DNA of 64,000 nt from Neoconidiobolus thromboides FSU 785 (taxonomy: Eukaryota > Fungi > Entomophthoromycota): assembly GCA_025603075.1 (NCBI GenBank), contig MU626298.1:73607-137606 (forward strand), read 5' to 3'. The notes beneath the pieces are model-generated. The model worked only from the letters and a program-made list of their open reading frames with translations, was not told the DNA's origin and ran no database searches. Positions 52,791 through 63,467 of the stretch are shown here, one piece after another. The number at the start of each line of letters is the position of its first letter. The stretch's first letter is position 1. A program made the translations under genes and the position numbers.

Positions 52791-53330
52791 TTAACAGTAT
52801 TTGAATCTGGAGCTGCTGCAGTCTAAAGTAGTCTTACAAGTGATACACTCACATACATTTGAGTCCGATTTGCAGGTTCTGCAGCTACATTCTATTTTAC
52901 AATTACATCCATCTTTAGCACAGATGCACTTATATTTGGGGTTCGAATAAGTTAAAGTAGTATTATCAGCGATACACTCACATGTTTTTGAATCAGATTT
53001 GCAGGTTTCACAGTTACATCCTTCTTCACAATTACATCCTTCTTTGGCACAAGCACAACTAGTTCCTTTGTTTTCTACTTTGCGAGTTTCACAGTTGCAA
53101 GAAGCATCACATTTACAACCATCTTTGCTTCCAGTGCAGGCACAGATCTTGGCTAAAGCTTGAGCCTTTCTGGTTTCACAACTGCATGAGCTGTCACAAT
53201 TACAACCACCTTGGCTACCTGTACAGGCGCAGACCAATTCAGCTACTTGGGCTTGGCGAGTGGAGCAGTTGCATGCAGATTGGCAATTACAGCCATTGGT
53301 GTTTCCAGTACATTTACAAGCTTGAGGCAT
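52791..53330 (-). CDS. Large metallothionein-like protein 2 (179 aa, 39 Cys)
   Basis: Paralogue of 50503-51042: first 115 aa identical except residue 4, C-terminal third diverged with Tyr/Phe. Confidence 0.87.
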   Translation of the reverse strand: MPQACKCTGNTNGCNCQSACNCSTRQAQVAELVCACTGSQGGCNCDSSCSCETRKAQALAKICACTGSKDGCKCDASCNCETRKVENKGTSCACAKEGCNCEEGCNCETCKSDSKTCECIADNTTLTYSNPKYKCICAKDGCNCKIECSCRTCKSDSNVCECITCKTTLDCSSSRFKYC

Positions 53331-54352
53331 CTTGGATTATTGATAGATTATTTATTTTATTGTTTTTGATTGTTTTGATTGTTTTTAGTAAGCTTTATGA
53401 CCTTCATCTCGATTATTTTTATACTCTGTGTTGACTTTCAACAATTTAAGTTTAAATTAATCGATTAATTATGGCGATAAAGACACGAATAGTATCGAGA
53501 GGTATAGATAGTGACTGCCGTAACACAATCATTGGTAAAATAATTGCGAGCTTAATGCTATTGGTTGAAACGACAATAAATTTCAAAATAGTGAATGATA
53601 AAATATCTAAAAATGAGTTGATACAGAATACAGTTAATAATAACTTCTAATCACTTTATTTTCTAAGTTCGAATGTAAAAATGAGTTTGATGACATTTGT
53701 TCTTCTCGATATAAGAGTAGCGGTTAGTTTCTTCATTTATAGTTAAAATACACTATAAAAATATTGCTTGGCTCTTTGTTAATATATCAAGTGCAATGAT
53801 TCGGTGTGGGTTGATTTAATACTAAATAAACTTACATTATTAAAGGTTAGCCAATACGGCTATATCAAATGTTAAAAACAATAAGGTTTGGTAATCTGTA
53901 ATTAAAGTTATAAATAGTTACAAACTACTAAATTTTAAATACTATATTTGTTATTTAGTGAAAACAACTCACTTTATTTATCTTCTGCTTAATTGCTCAT
54001 ATATTCTATATTAGTCATTATCATTCGTCATTTCCACTTTTAGATTATTCAGCAAAAATAACTCATTTTTTAAAGTTGTATTTTGTCAGTTTGCCACTCA
54101 TTGCTACAAAATAAGATGAAACAGCCAAGCTACCTTAAACACCAAAATAACATGTACTAATTTTCCAAATATAGGGATAACCTAGCTTTGATTAAACTAA
54201 AAATTTGAGTAAGATTGATGACTGGTTTTTCATTCAATGGTAGCAACTTTTTTTAAAGTTTCAAATCGTCATAAACTGGAGAAATTTAAAAAAGGATGAG
54301 CTGAACAATAAAAATAACAAATTAAGTTTACTTTTGATTATAGCCAATATAA

Positions 54353-55573
54353 ATGAGAATAAATAAATCTACAATAGTATTGATCACCTCAATAACCCTA
54401 TTGACCATCGTTTATTTTCACTTGAAGTCAATCTTAGCTACCGAAGAACAAACTTTAAACAGTCTAAGATCTGGTTCAAATAGAGTTCGCGGCATAATTG
54501 TCATAATGTGTCGCAACAGCGATCTTTCAGGCATGGTATCGACATTAAAAGAATTTGAACTTAACTTCAATGACCAATTCAACTATCCTTATTTATTTTT
54601 AAATGAAATTGAGTTTACTATGGAGTTTAAAACCACCATTTTGAAACATACTAAAAGTAAAGTAATATTTTCAAAAATTGAAGAAGAGTTATGGGAAATA
54701 CCTAAATCAGTGAATCAAACCTTAATGACTATAAAGATGCAAGAATTGAAATATCAAAACATTAGTTATGCAGATTCAGTGAGTTATAGATTAATGTGTC
54801 GATACCAATCGTATTATTTATTCCAACATAAAGAGGTAGTAAATTATGACTATGTTATGCGGATTGAACCAGACACCCATTTCTTTTGTAAGACTAAGTA
54901 CGACTTGTTTGATTATATGAAGAGAAACCAATTGAGCTATGGGTTTTCTATCACTTTAAAAGAGATTCCAGAAACGATTCCAACTCTTTTTGATACAATT
55001 ACAAAGTATATCAAACAGACAAAATTAACAGTCAATAGCGATCTATTTCCTTTCTTTTTAAAACAAGCTGACAAAAAAGATTTGGATCATATCGAATTTC
55101 AACAAAGAATAGGTGATATTCTATTTTTTTAATTTTTTTACTACTAATTCGTATCTTTAGGCAAAACAAACCTCTATCAGCCTCTCACATATAACTTATG
55201 TCATTTCTGGACCAACTTTCATATCATAGATACTAACTTTATTAAAAGCAATACATACAAAAAATATTTCAAGTACTTGGAAGACAATAACAATTATTTT
55301 TATGAGCGATGGGGGGATGCGCCAGTCATTTCCTTAGGACTTGGTTTGTTTAGAAATGCTTCTCAAATCCATCATTTTTCTGACTTGGGCTACCAACATG
55401 ATAAATTTGTCACCTGCCCTAATAACCCATTAATTGAAGTAGGCGTGGAATCACGTTGTAGATGTCCAATCAATTTCAAAGAGTTTTTTTATGATCCTGG
55501 CTCCTGTTTACCAAGATTTAAAAATTATGAAAAAATTGAGTTTAAAAAGGAACATGTTGATTTACTAGTTTAA
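54353..55573 (+). CDS. Alpha-1,2-mannosyltransferase, GT15 (KRE2/KTR/MNT1 family), 1 intron
   Basis: Type II membrane anchor; RNSDL, YPYLFLNE, SYRLMCRY, RIEPDT, YNLCHFWTNF, FYERWGDAPV. Confidence 0.93.
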
Positions 55574-55610
55574 ACTTAATCTATTCTATATTCCATTTAT
55601 TATTTGTACA

Positions 55611-56702
55611 TTAATAAACATAAATCACCCTATATTTATCACCCATATCCTTTTTCAAAACCGAATGAAACCCACGATGATCAAAGTACTGTTTTAACTT
55701 CAAGCCCTGTTCTTTAGTCCCATATTCAAAAACAAACTTTGGTAGGCCATTCTTAATTTTACTCTCTTTTTCATCATTTCTTATGCGTTTTTTATAAACC
55801 TCATATATACGATGATAATACTCTAATCCGTGGCTATCCTTCGTTTTCAATGCGCCACTATCCTCCCATTGCTTCACTGATAAATCCAATAGCTCATATT
55901 CGTCTGGAGGTATGTAAGGTGGGTTTGAAACGATCATATTAACAGGTGGGATTGATGATAGCAACTTTTTGATTTGGTAATCATTAAATAAATCCACCAG
56001 TTTAAAATGAACTTTATGATTTAACTGTTTTTCATTAAAAGTTTGGTTTTCTTGGCTCAATAATGTGGCCTTTTCGTTTTTGTCTATAGAATAAATATCT
56101 ACCTTGGTTTTTATTTTACTGCTTAACATCAATGGTATACAGCCACTTCCACTTCCTATTTCAAGTATTGTAAAGTCATCATTTTTGCTTTTGCTCAGTT
56201 GTTCATCTATCATGTTAGCTAGCTCAATGCTCCATTCCTCTGTTTCCCATCTGTTATAATAAAAATAATATAAGAAATAATATAAAATGGCATAAATAAT
56301 TTACCTTGGTATTAATATTGGTTGTTTAACTTTAATTAGTAAATCTCCAAATGGCTGATCTCCTATTTTAATATTAAAATTCAATTGCTTAGTTATTTTC
56401 TATGAGTTACCTATTATGTATTGTAATGGTTTGTTTTTAAATATCCTTTCTCTCAATAGGTTACTTAATATCCTATCATTGTCTATACTATCATCATTTA
56501 ATGTTGCTATAGTGCCATCTACTTTATTATTGTCTACTATAATTTTATTTATATCATTTATATATTCTTTCAACCACCTGATTTCTTGTTTAGCATGTTC
56601 TATATTCCCAGAATATACTCTATTTGCTAATAATTTGATAAGGTTGTTTAAACTAGAACTGGGATCAATGGATGAGTGAATCGTGTGTCGAAGGAGTGAC
56701 AT
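55611..56702 (-). CDS. MTQ1: HemK/PrmC-family release-factor N5-glutamine methyltransferase (mitochondrial type), 2 introns
   Basis: PLQYII, LIPRWETEEW (spliced), ILEIGSGSGCI SAM motif, VSNPPYIP. Confidence 0.9.
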
Positions 56703-56847
56703 AATTGATAAACAAGTAATATCAAATGAATGCAAAATTTATTAAAACACGACTTTTTAGTAAAAAAATCGTTATTTTTTGATTGGTTAATTTGAATCCC
56801 TATTATAAATAGTAAATCATAAAATATTGCTTTTGATTTTTTAAAAA

Positions 56848-58106
56848 ATGAAAAATTCCAATAATAAAAAGGAGGACACCTTACCGAATTTATGTAGATC
56901 CGCGGATTCAAATGGGTATAGCGTCAATGCCATAACTTTATCGAGTTCAATTGAACCAATCACTCCTCAAGACGCTGATATTAAAAGAAATTTATTTCAT
57001 TCCAACTCGCTACCAAACATCAATATCAACTCTAATCAAGAAGATAATAACATTTCCATTGAGACTGAATTTTCATTTCAAAATAACAACAACAACAATT
57101 TTAATGTTACTTTCTTGAATGATAATACTTTAAACTTTGACTTTTCACTTAATGAAACTTTAATAAGAAATAGAAACTCAATGAATAATCATATGAGCAG
57201 TGAAACTATTGGACCTATTTTAGATGGTAATTCAAGTTATAATATGAAAGATAAATTGATATTAGATAACATCAATTATAATATATTAACCAAAGATGAC
57301 ATGTTAATTAATGATAATATATTAAATAATGATGATGATAGAAGATGCAGAATATGTTTTGATTCAGAAGAAAATCAAGAGTTAGGTAGACTCATTTCAC
57401 CCTGTCATTGTAAAGGAAGTATGAAATACGTTCATCTTAATTGTTTAAATTTATGGCGATTAACCTCCAGTAATAATAATAATAATCAATTCAAAAAAGA
57501 CTCTTCCTTCCTTCGGTGTGATAATTGCCTTTATCAATATTCGTTTTTGCACTCTAATTTAGCCAAACTTGTTACATATCCAAGTAATTATTTTATACTC
57601 TATTTATTTACACGTTTATATTTATATGTTTGTTAGTTACCCGTTTTCTGTTATCGAGTTTGATTTTTATTCTAATCATCATCTTTGCCGGGTTTATATC
57701 TAAATATTTACTTTTATTCATAAATAATGAGGATATTGAAGAGTTACTAAATGAATTAAATTTGGACTCGACTACTAATGATTTATTTTATTTTACTATT
57801 GATAAAATCCATTTATTTTTAGGTGTTTTATTAGTTGGCACTATTGGGTTTTTAACTTTATTGATCCGACTTATATTTATGGGAACATTACCTATCTTAG
57901 GGCTAAGATATACATTTACCTCTATGAATCAAAATAACGGAAGGAACCCCAACAATGCTTCTTCATTTCCTTTGATTTTGTTTTCTATTTTACTTTTGGG
58001 TTCTCTTCATTCCTTTTATTCTCTGTTCAAGTTTATTAACCATTATATCAAATGCTGGCAACAAGCCATTGGTCTGAAACTTTTAGATGTTTCAACTACT
58101 TCATAA
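56848..58106 (+). CDS. Membrane RING-CH (RINGv/MARCH-like) E3 ubiquitin ligase, 1 intron
   Basis: C4HC3 motif CRICF..SPCHCKGSMKYVHLNCLNLW..CDNC followed by ~3 TM helices in exon 2. Confidence 0.9.
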
Positions 58107-58397
58107 TTTCTAATAAAAAAGTTTACCATTATTTTTATAATTCATCTATTTTCTATATTGTATATATATTATTCCAAAGATCAAATTTTAGATATAGTAT
58201 TTTGTTGTTTAGTAAATACATACAAGTACGATATTTTTATAGTATATTTTATACAAGAATAACTATGATTTATTTTAAAGCGCGTTTTCATCCAATAAAA
58301 TTACGAACACAATGAATGATATAGCAATAATAACACAATAATTTACAACAATAATGGATATAAAATTATTTCATAAATAAACTTCAAGTCTAATTAT

Positions 58398-59137
58398 TTA
58401 TTTAGCAGTATAAAACTCCTTCACCATTTTTACAAAGTACTGATGCCATCTGTAATCTTTAGTCAACTCAGGATGGAACGAAGTCCCTAATATATGTTTT
58501 TGCTGTACTGCTACAATAAACTCTTTAATTCCGAGTGCTTTTCCTTCCTCTGTATACTGATTATGATAATCAATAGTACTTAAAACCTCAACACCTTCTT
58601 TTCTATCTACTTCCAAGATTACAGGGGCTCTAATAAACATGCAACGGTATGGTGAATTACTTCCTTTAACCTTTGACACTTGAGCAAGGCATGGGACCTC
58701 TAAATCAGCTTCAAATGACTGAACTTGAGAACCAAACTGATTTCTATTGACTGTAATGTGTAAACCTCCAATAAGCTCTTGTCCTCCTTTCTTGACTTGG
58801 TTGGCTTCATCTGCTAATAAAATTAATCCAGCACATGTTCCCTAAAGAAGAGTTAGTCTTTTATCAATTTTTGATTAAATAAATTTTATTGACTTACCCA
58901 AACTGGTTTGGTTTTGACGAATTGACGCAAAGGTTCGAATAGTTGATTTCTTTCTGCAATTAAGGCCATTGCTGTAGATTCTCCCCCAGGTAAAATTAAA
59001 GCATCAACATTCTGAAGTTGAGCTTCTGTACGAACTGCAACTGCTTTTATATCGCCTAGTTGATTGATTATATCAATGTGCTCTTCAAAGGCACCTTGTA
59101 AAGCTAATACTCCGATAGTGTGTTGAAAGTTAACCAT
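58398..59137 (-). CDS. SNO1: PLP synthase glutaminase subunit (PDX2/SNO), 1 intron
   Basis: [24 protein letters not shown]|GTCAGLI, RNQFGSQ, FIRAP, SFHPEL catalytic His-Glu. Confidence 0.96.
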
Positions 59138-59397
59138 AATATAATAAAGGTTGATTAGTTTTTGAGAAAATAATTTAGTTTTAAGCAAACTATTTTTGCT
59201 TTTACTTGGTAAATTGAAGTTCGGGAAGTAGCCAATTAAATCAAAGCTATAATTTACCATTTTTTAAATATACACGATACTTTAATTCATCACTAAGCAA
59301 TCAGATAGTAAAAGTAAAATAAACTTTAGTCTCAGAATTAACAAAAAGAAAAAACATTTTTTATTTTATATAAATACGATAAATCAACTCAATACTT

Positions 59398-61179
59398 TTA
59401 TAAATCAGCCGATTCTAAAATTTCTTTACTACTATTAATCAGCCTCTTAATCTCTTCAGCAAACTCTTTCTCCAATATAAAATTACTCATATACAACTTG
59501 ATCCTATTAAGCGCTCTTAATCCATCATATTTATTATCAAAGGCTTGGCAAAACTGGGCCAATAGCGAAACAACGATAATACTCTGATTTTTACACTGCT
59601 CAATAATACTTGCATACCGTTGATAATTACTCTCAAACGATAATATAGAAAATAACACAAACGTCGGATAAGTGATTTGCATAAATATGGGCGCTTCTAA
59701 GATAGTTGCAAGCTTATTGGTCCTTCTAGTATTACTTTTATTTAAATTTCTTTTCAACCAGGCGATATAAAACCCAATAATGTCATCACTCGCTTTAAAT
59801 AGCAAATGGATTTCGATATTATTAAATTGGACAGGCATTGGCTCAGCTAATACAGAGGGATAAAATAAGTAAATATAAATAGCATTGATGAAGGATTTAA
59901 ATTTATTTTTCATTGTACAATCGCCCTTGTTATTATCACTATCACTCATCATTTTTAATTTGACTTCATTCTTGAAATACTCCTCATAAATATATTTCAA
60001 CTCCTGCAATCTTAATTGAAATTTAAGTGGTGGTAATCTTAGCATTTCATTACTTATCACCTGATTCAATCGACTATACTGTTTATGTTGTACTTTTACA
60101 TTCTGTATTTGAGCCATGATTTCGAAAAAAATCTCTAATACTTTTTTAGCAATAACAGGCAAATCAATAGCTAAATGTCCCATGTTACCACTGTTACTCA
60201 AATGCCGCAACTCTTTATCGAAATTTAAATTTAAAGAAATTGAAGTTGGTAGCACGTTAATAGCCGGTAACTCAGGTCCAACACATCTTAATATCATATA
60301 AGTCAATCCTAATGCTTTCCATATACTATTTCCCCTCTCATGCAAATGATTTTTTCCTTGCACTTCATCTTCTAAAAAGATATTATCTCTGATCTCCGCA
60401 TCAGCTTTATTTAATCCAAGGCTTTCAGCCATCCTAATAGCTGATGAAAAATATTTGAAAGCTGATTTTAAATCAACATGAGAAAATGAGATAAAAGTTA
60501 AAAATACTAACCCAGTTACATTTTCAATGGAAGGATTAGCATAAGCAGCTGGTAGACATCTTTTTGCATTTTTTAAGTTTAAATGATAAAGCTCATGTTG
60601 ATATTTCAATGGTGGATAAGAAGAAGTGAATCTAGTTAACATACCGTGTAATGAATAGGATAGAAGAGTAGGTTTCTTACTTTTTAAAGTATTAAATACT
60701 TGAGCTGGATTTAACCAAACTTGAAAAAAATCAATATCTTTTGAATAGACAGTAACACAATTTTCTAAAAAGGAGTTCAAATTATGGCTAGGCTGTTTCA
60801 TAAATGGAAATACATCCAATTTTTTTTCCTTTGATTGGTTTAATTGATGTTTGAACTCTTTAATCTTATTTTCAATCATCATTTCCTCATCAGAATCATA
60901 TGTTGTATCATTAATCAATTTGACCAGTTGTTTGTTTGTAAAACTCAAGTAATCTAAACTATTAATAAATAATATTTAAACACCAACTATTTATTTACCT
61001 GCTATTATAACTCTTCTTGGGTCTTTAGCCATCAGCTTATAATTCCCCATCATTTTAATAACTATATCTTCCATCTCTTTTATCTTAAGTCTTCGTTTAT
61101 CCATATTACTTCTTATTGCCTCTTTCTTCCTTTTAATTTTAAATTTTATCATATGCTTTGAGTATCCTTGTTCTTCCAT
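59398..61179 (-). CDS. Fungal transcription-factor middle-homology-domain-like protein lacking a Zn2Cys6 cluster (2 exons)
   Basis: NPSIENVTGLVFL..AFKYFSSAIRMAESLGLN..RGNSIW resembles the Fungal_trans domain; exon 1 is basic (KFKIKRKK..KRRLKIK) and joined by a GT-AG intron. Confidence 0.7.
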
Positions 61180-61914
61180 CTTGTTTTTTTAAAAATAATA
61201 AAAAACAATTTAGCTTATTTTTATATAAATGACTAAATAGTCAAAGTTCAGTTTCAAATGTAGCCAATAAAATTAGGAAAATATTGGTAGAAGTAACAGC
61301 ATGATTTAGAGTGGTAAAATCGAACTATTACTTTTATTTAGTAAACAATAGATTGATATCCTTATATATTTGTTACCAAAAAATGTTTTCTTTACATTAA
61401 AGCATTCATAAGTAATTAGTTATAGATCTTATATAGTCTTACTAGATTTAAATCAAATTAAAGTTTTTTAATGAATAAGTGAAATCATTTTTGCTCTTGA
61501 ATATTAAATAATTAATCTTAAAAATGATGTATTTTGTTTTATTTGATATTGAATTTGGCCTATTTTTATTGAACTCTTATTTAATAAGTATTCTAATTAA
61601 AATATGAAAAAAGCTAAAAGGAAGCCAGCTGAGGGAAGTACGCTTAACATGGACACTATTAGAGAACTTTTTGACTTTGATTTAGTAGTTGACAAAAGTA
61701 AATAATCCATTGATCAAGATGTAGATATGCTATTATAGCTTAAGTTTATTAGAGTTGAATTTAAAGTGATAAATTAAGTTTATATCCATTATATTTTGTA
61801 AATTTGTCTAGATTTTAAGCTTAAAATTGAAGAAAGTCAAACAACATAGAGAAACTTTTATTAGTTTCATTTGTTTATTTTCTATATTAACTAAATATGA
61901 AAAATAGTCAATAT

Positions 61915-62006
61915 CGGATACCTTTTTATGTTGAAGAAATTTACCAACATTTTTTTCTACTATAATGCTTAAAAATGGAAAAGTGGTGAAGCCAAAAAAC
62001 ATTCAC
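61915..62006 (+). mobile_element. ~99-bp MITE copy 16, degenerate
   Basis: CGGATA...GCTTAAAAATGGAAAAGTGGTGAAGCCAAAAAACATTCAC; flanks ATAT/GTAT. Confidence 0.7.
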
Positions 62007-62081
62007 GTATAAAACTACTAAATAAGGAAATATGTAAGGATATACAAATTAGCTTCATCTTTTTATCTAATTTTTAAATAT

Positions 62082-62176
62082 GGGGTGTTTTTTTGGCTTC
62101 ATTATTTTTTCTCTTTTAAGTGCTACTTAAGTGGAAAGTTTGTTAATAAAATTCTTAAACATAAAGACATATCCCC
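62082..62176 (-). mobile_element. ~99-bp MITE copy 17, TSD ATAT
   Basis: GGGGTG...TATCCCC; ATAT on both sides. Confidence 0.87.
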
Positions 62177-62635
62177 ATATAAATGAAAATCCCAAATTTC
62201 AAAATTAATTGATTAATACTTTTTATTTTAATATTTCAAAACTATTTTCACATTATGAAAAATTCTTAAAATGTCTATCAATTATACTTTTTCTATAATA
62301 TTTAGCAAAAACGTTAAAATCAATATTTAAACTACTATTTGTTTTGTAAAATTTTTTAAATGTATAGAATATAAAAATAAAATTTTAAATAGTTTTCTGC
62401 ATTTGCTTATATATTAATTTTTATAAACTTTTTAAATAAAAGTTCTTTAGGTATTAAATTAATTAAACAGTTTTTTATACATGCTGAATCGTAATTTAAT
62501 GTTTTAAACAAATAATCAAAATAAATTTTGCTTATTGTTTTTTGAATGTAAAACATTGAAGTTTAATGCTAATATAGCTTTTTTATTATAATAATCTGAA
62601 TTTGTTAGATCTGGTTTTATTTTTATTTAATATAT

Positions 62636-62734
62636 GGTGATGTATTTTTGTATTTAAGAATCTTACTAACAAATTTTCCACTTAAATAGCACTTAAAAAA
62701 TGGAAAAAATAATGAAGTTAAAAAAGACACTCCC
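62636..62734 (+). mobile_element. ~99-bp MITE copy 18, TSD ATAT shared with copy 19
   Basis: GGTGATG...CACTCCC; ATAT at 62632-62635 and 62735-62738. Confidence 0.87.
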
Positions 62735-62738
62735 ATAT

Positions 62739-62834
62739 GGGGTTTTTTTTTTGATTTCATCACTTTTGCCATTTTTTAAGTGTTGTTTGAGCAGAAAGAT
62801 TATTAGTAAAATTCTTGAACAAAAATATGCCCCC
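62739..62834 (-). mobile_element. ~99-bp MITE copy 19, inverted against copy 18
   Basis: GGGGTTT...TGCCCCC; ATAT at 62735-62738 and 62835-62838. Confidence 0.85.
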
Positions 62835-62860
62835 ATATGTACATTATTTGATAAATATTT

Positions 62861-62959
62861 GGGAGTGTTTTTTTTGGCTTCATTACTTTTTCCATCTTTT
62901 AAGCATTATTTGTGTGGAAAAATTATTAGTAAAATTCTTAAATACAAAAATACATCCCC
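62861..62959 (-). mobile_element. ~99-bp MITE copy 20, TSD ATTT
   Basis: GGGAGTG...CATCCCC; direct repeat ATTT at 62857-62860 and 62960-62963. Confidence 0.88.
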
Positions 62960-63132
62960 ATTTGTTACTATTATTTTTTTAATTAAATCTTGATAAAATA
63001 GTTAAATTATCAAATATTATATAGGGATATATTTTTTTGTTTTACAGATTTTTTAAAAATTCCGTTGTGAAGTTTAGTTATAAAAGCTTGGGCTTTATTT
63101 TTATTTTAATAAATAAACTGAGATAATTATAT

Positions 63133-63231
63133 GGGGATATATTTTTGTATTTAACAATTTTATTAACAATTTTTCCACACAAATAACGCTTAAAAGATGG
63201 AAAAAGTAATGAGGTTAAAAAATATATCCCC
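63133..63231 (+). mobile_element. ~99-bp MITE copy 21, TSD ATAT
   Basis: GGGGATA...TATCCCC; ATAT at 63129-63132 and 63232-63235. Confidence 0.9.
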
Positions 63232-63467
63232 ATATATCTTTATATATTATATATTTGTTAAACATTTAACAAAAACAATATGAAACATATAATTAAACAA
63301 ACAAAACAATTAAAACAAGTCCCAAATTAAATATTTTTACTTAATTTTATATTTTATTTGATCATTATATTAAAGTACATGATATTAATTAATTTGGTAA
63401 CTAAAAAATAATTTAGAGTAAGTTTTAATCTTTTATTAAATGAATAATATTTTTATACTTTATTGTT

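Noticed and set aside
58398-59260. Expected SNZ/PDX1 partner divergent from SNO1; longer ORF start at 59260
   Set aside because: The upstream neighbour is the unrelated TF-like gene, and unlinked PDX1/PDX2 is not unusual. The homology-supported start is 59137.
61911-63235. Clustered repeats considered as a CRISPR-like array
   Set aside because: Eukaryotic context, mixed orientations, irregular spacing and TIR/TSD structure indicate MITEs.
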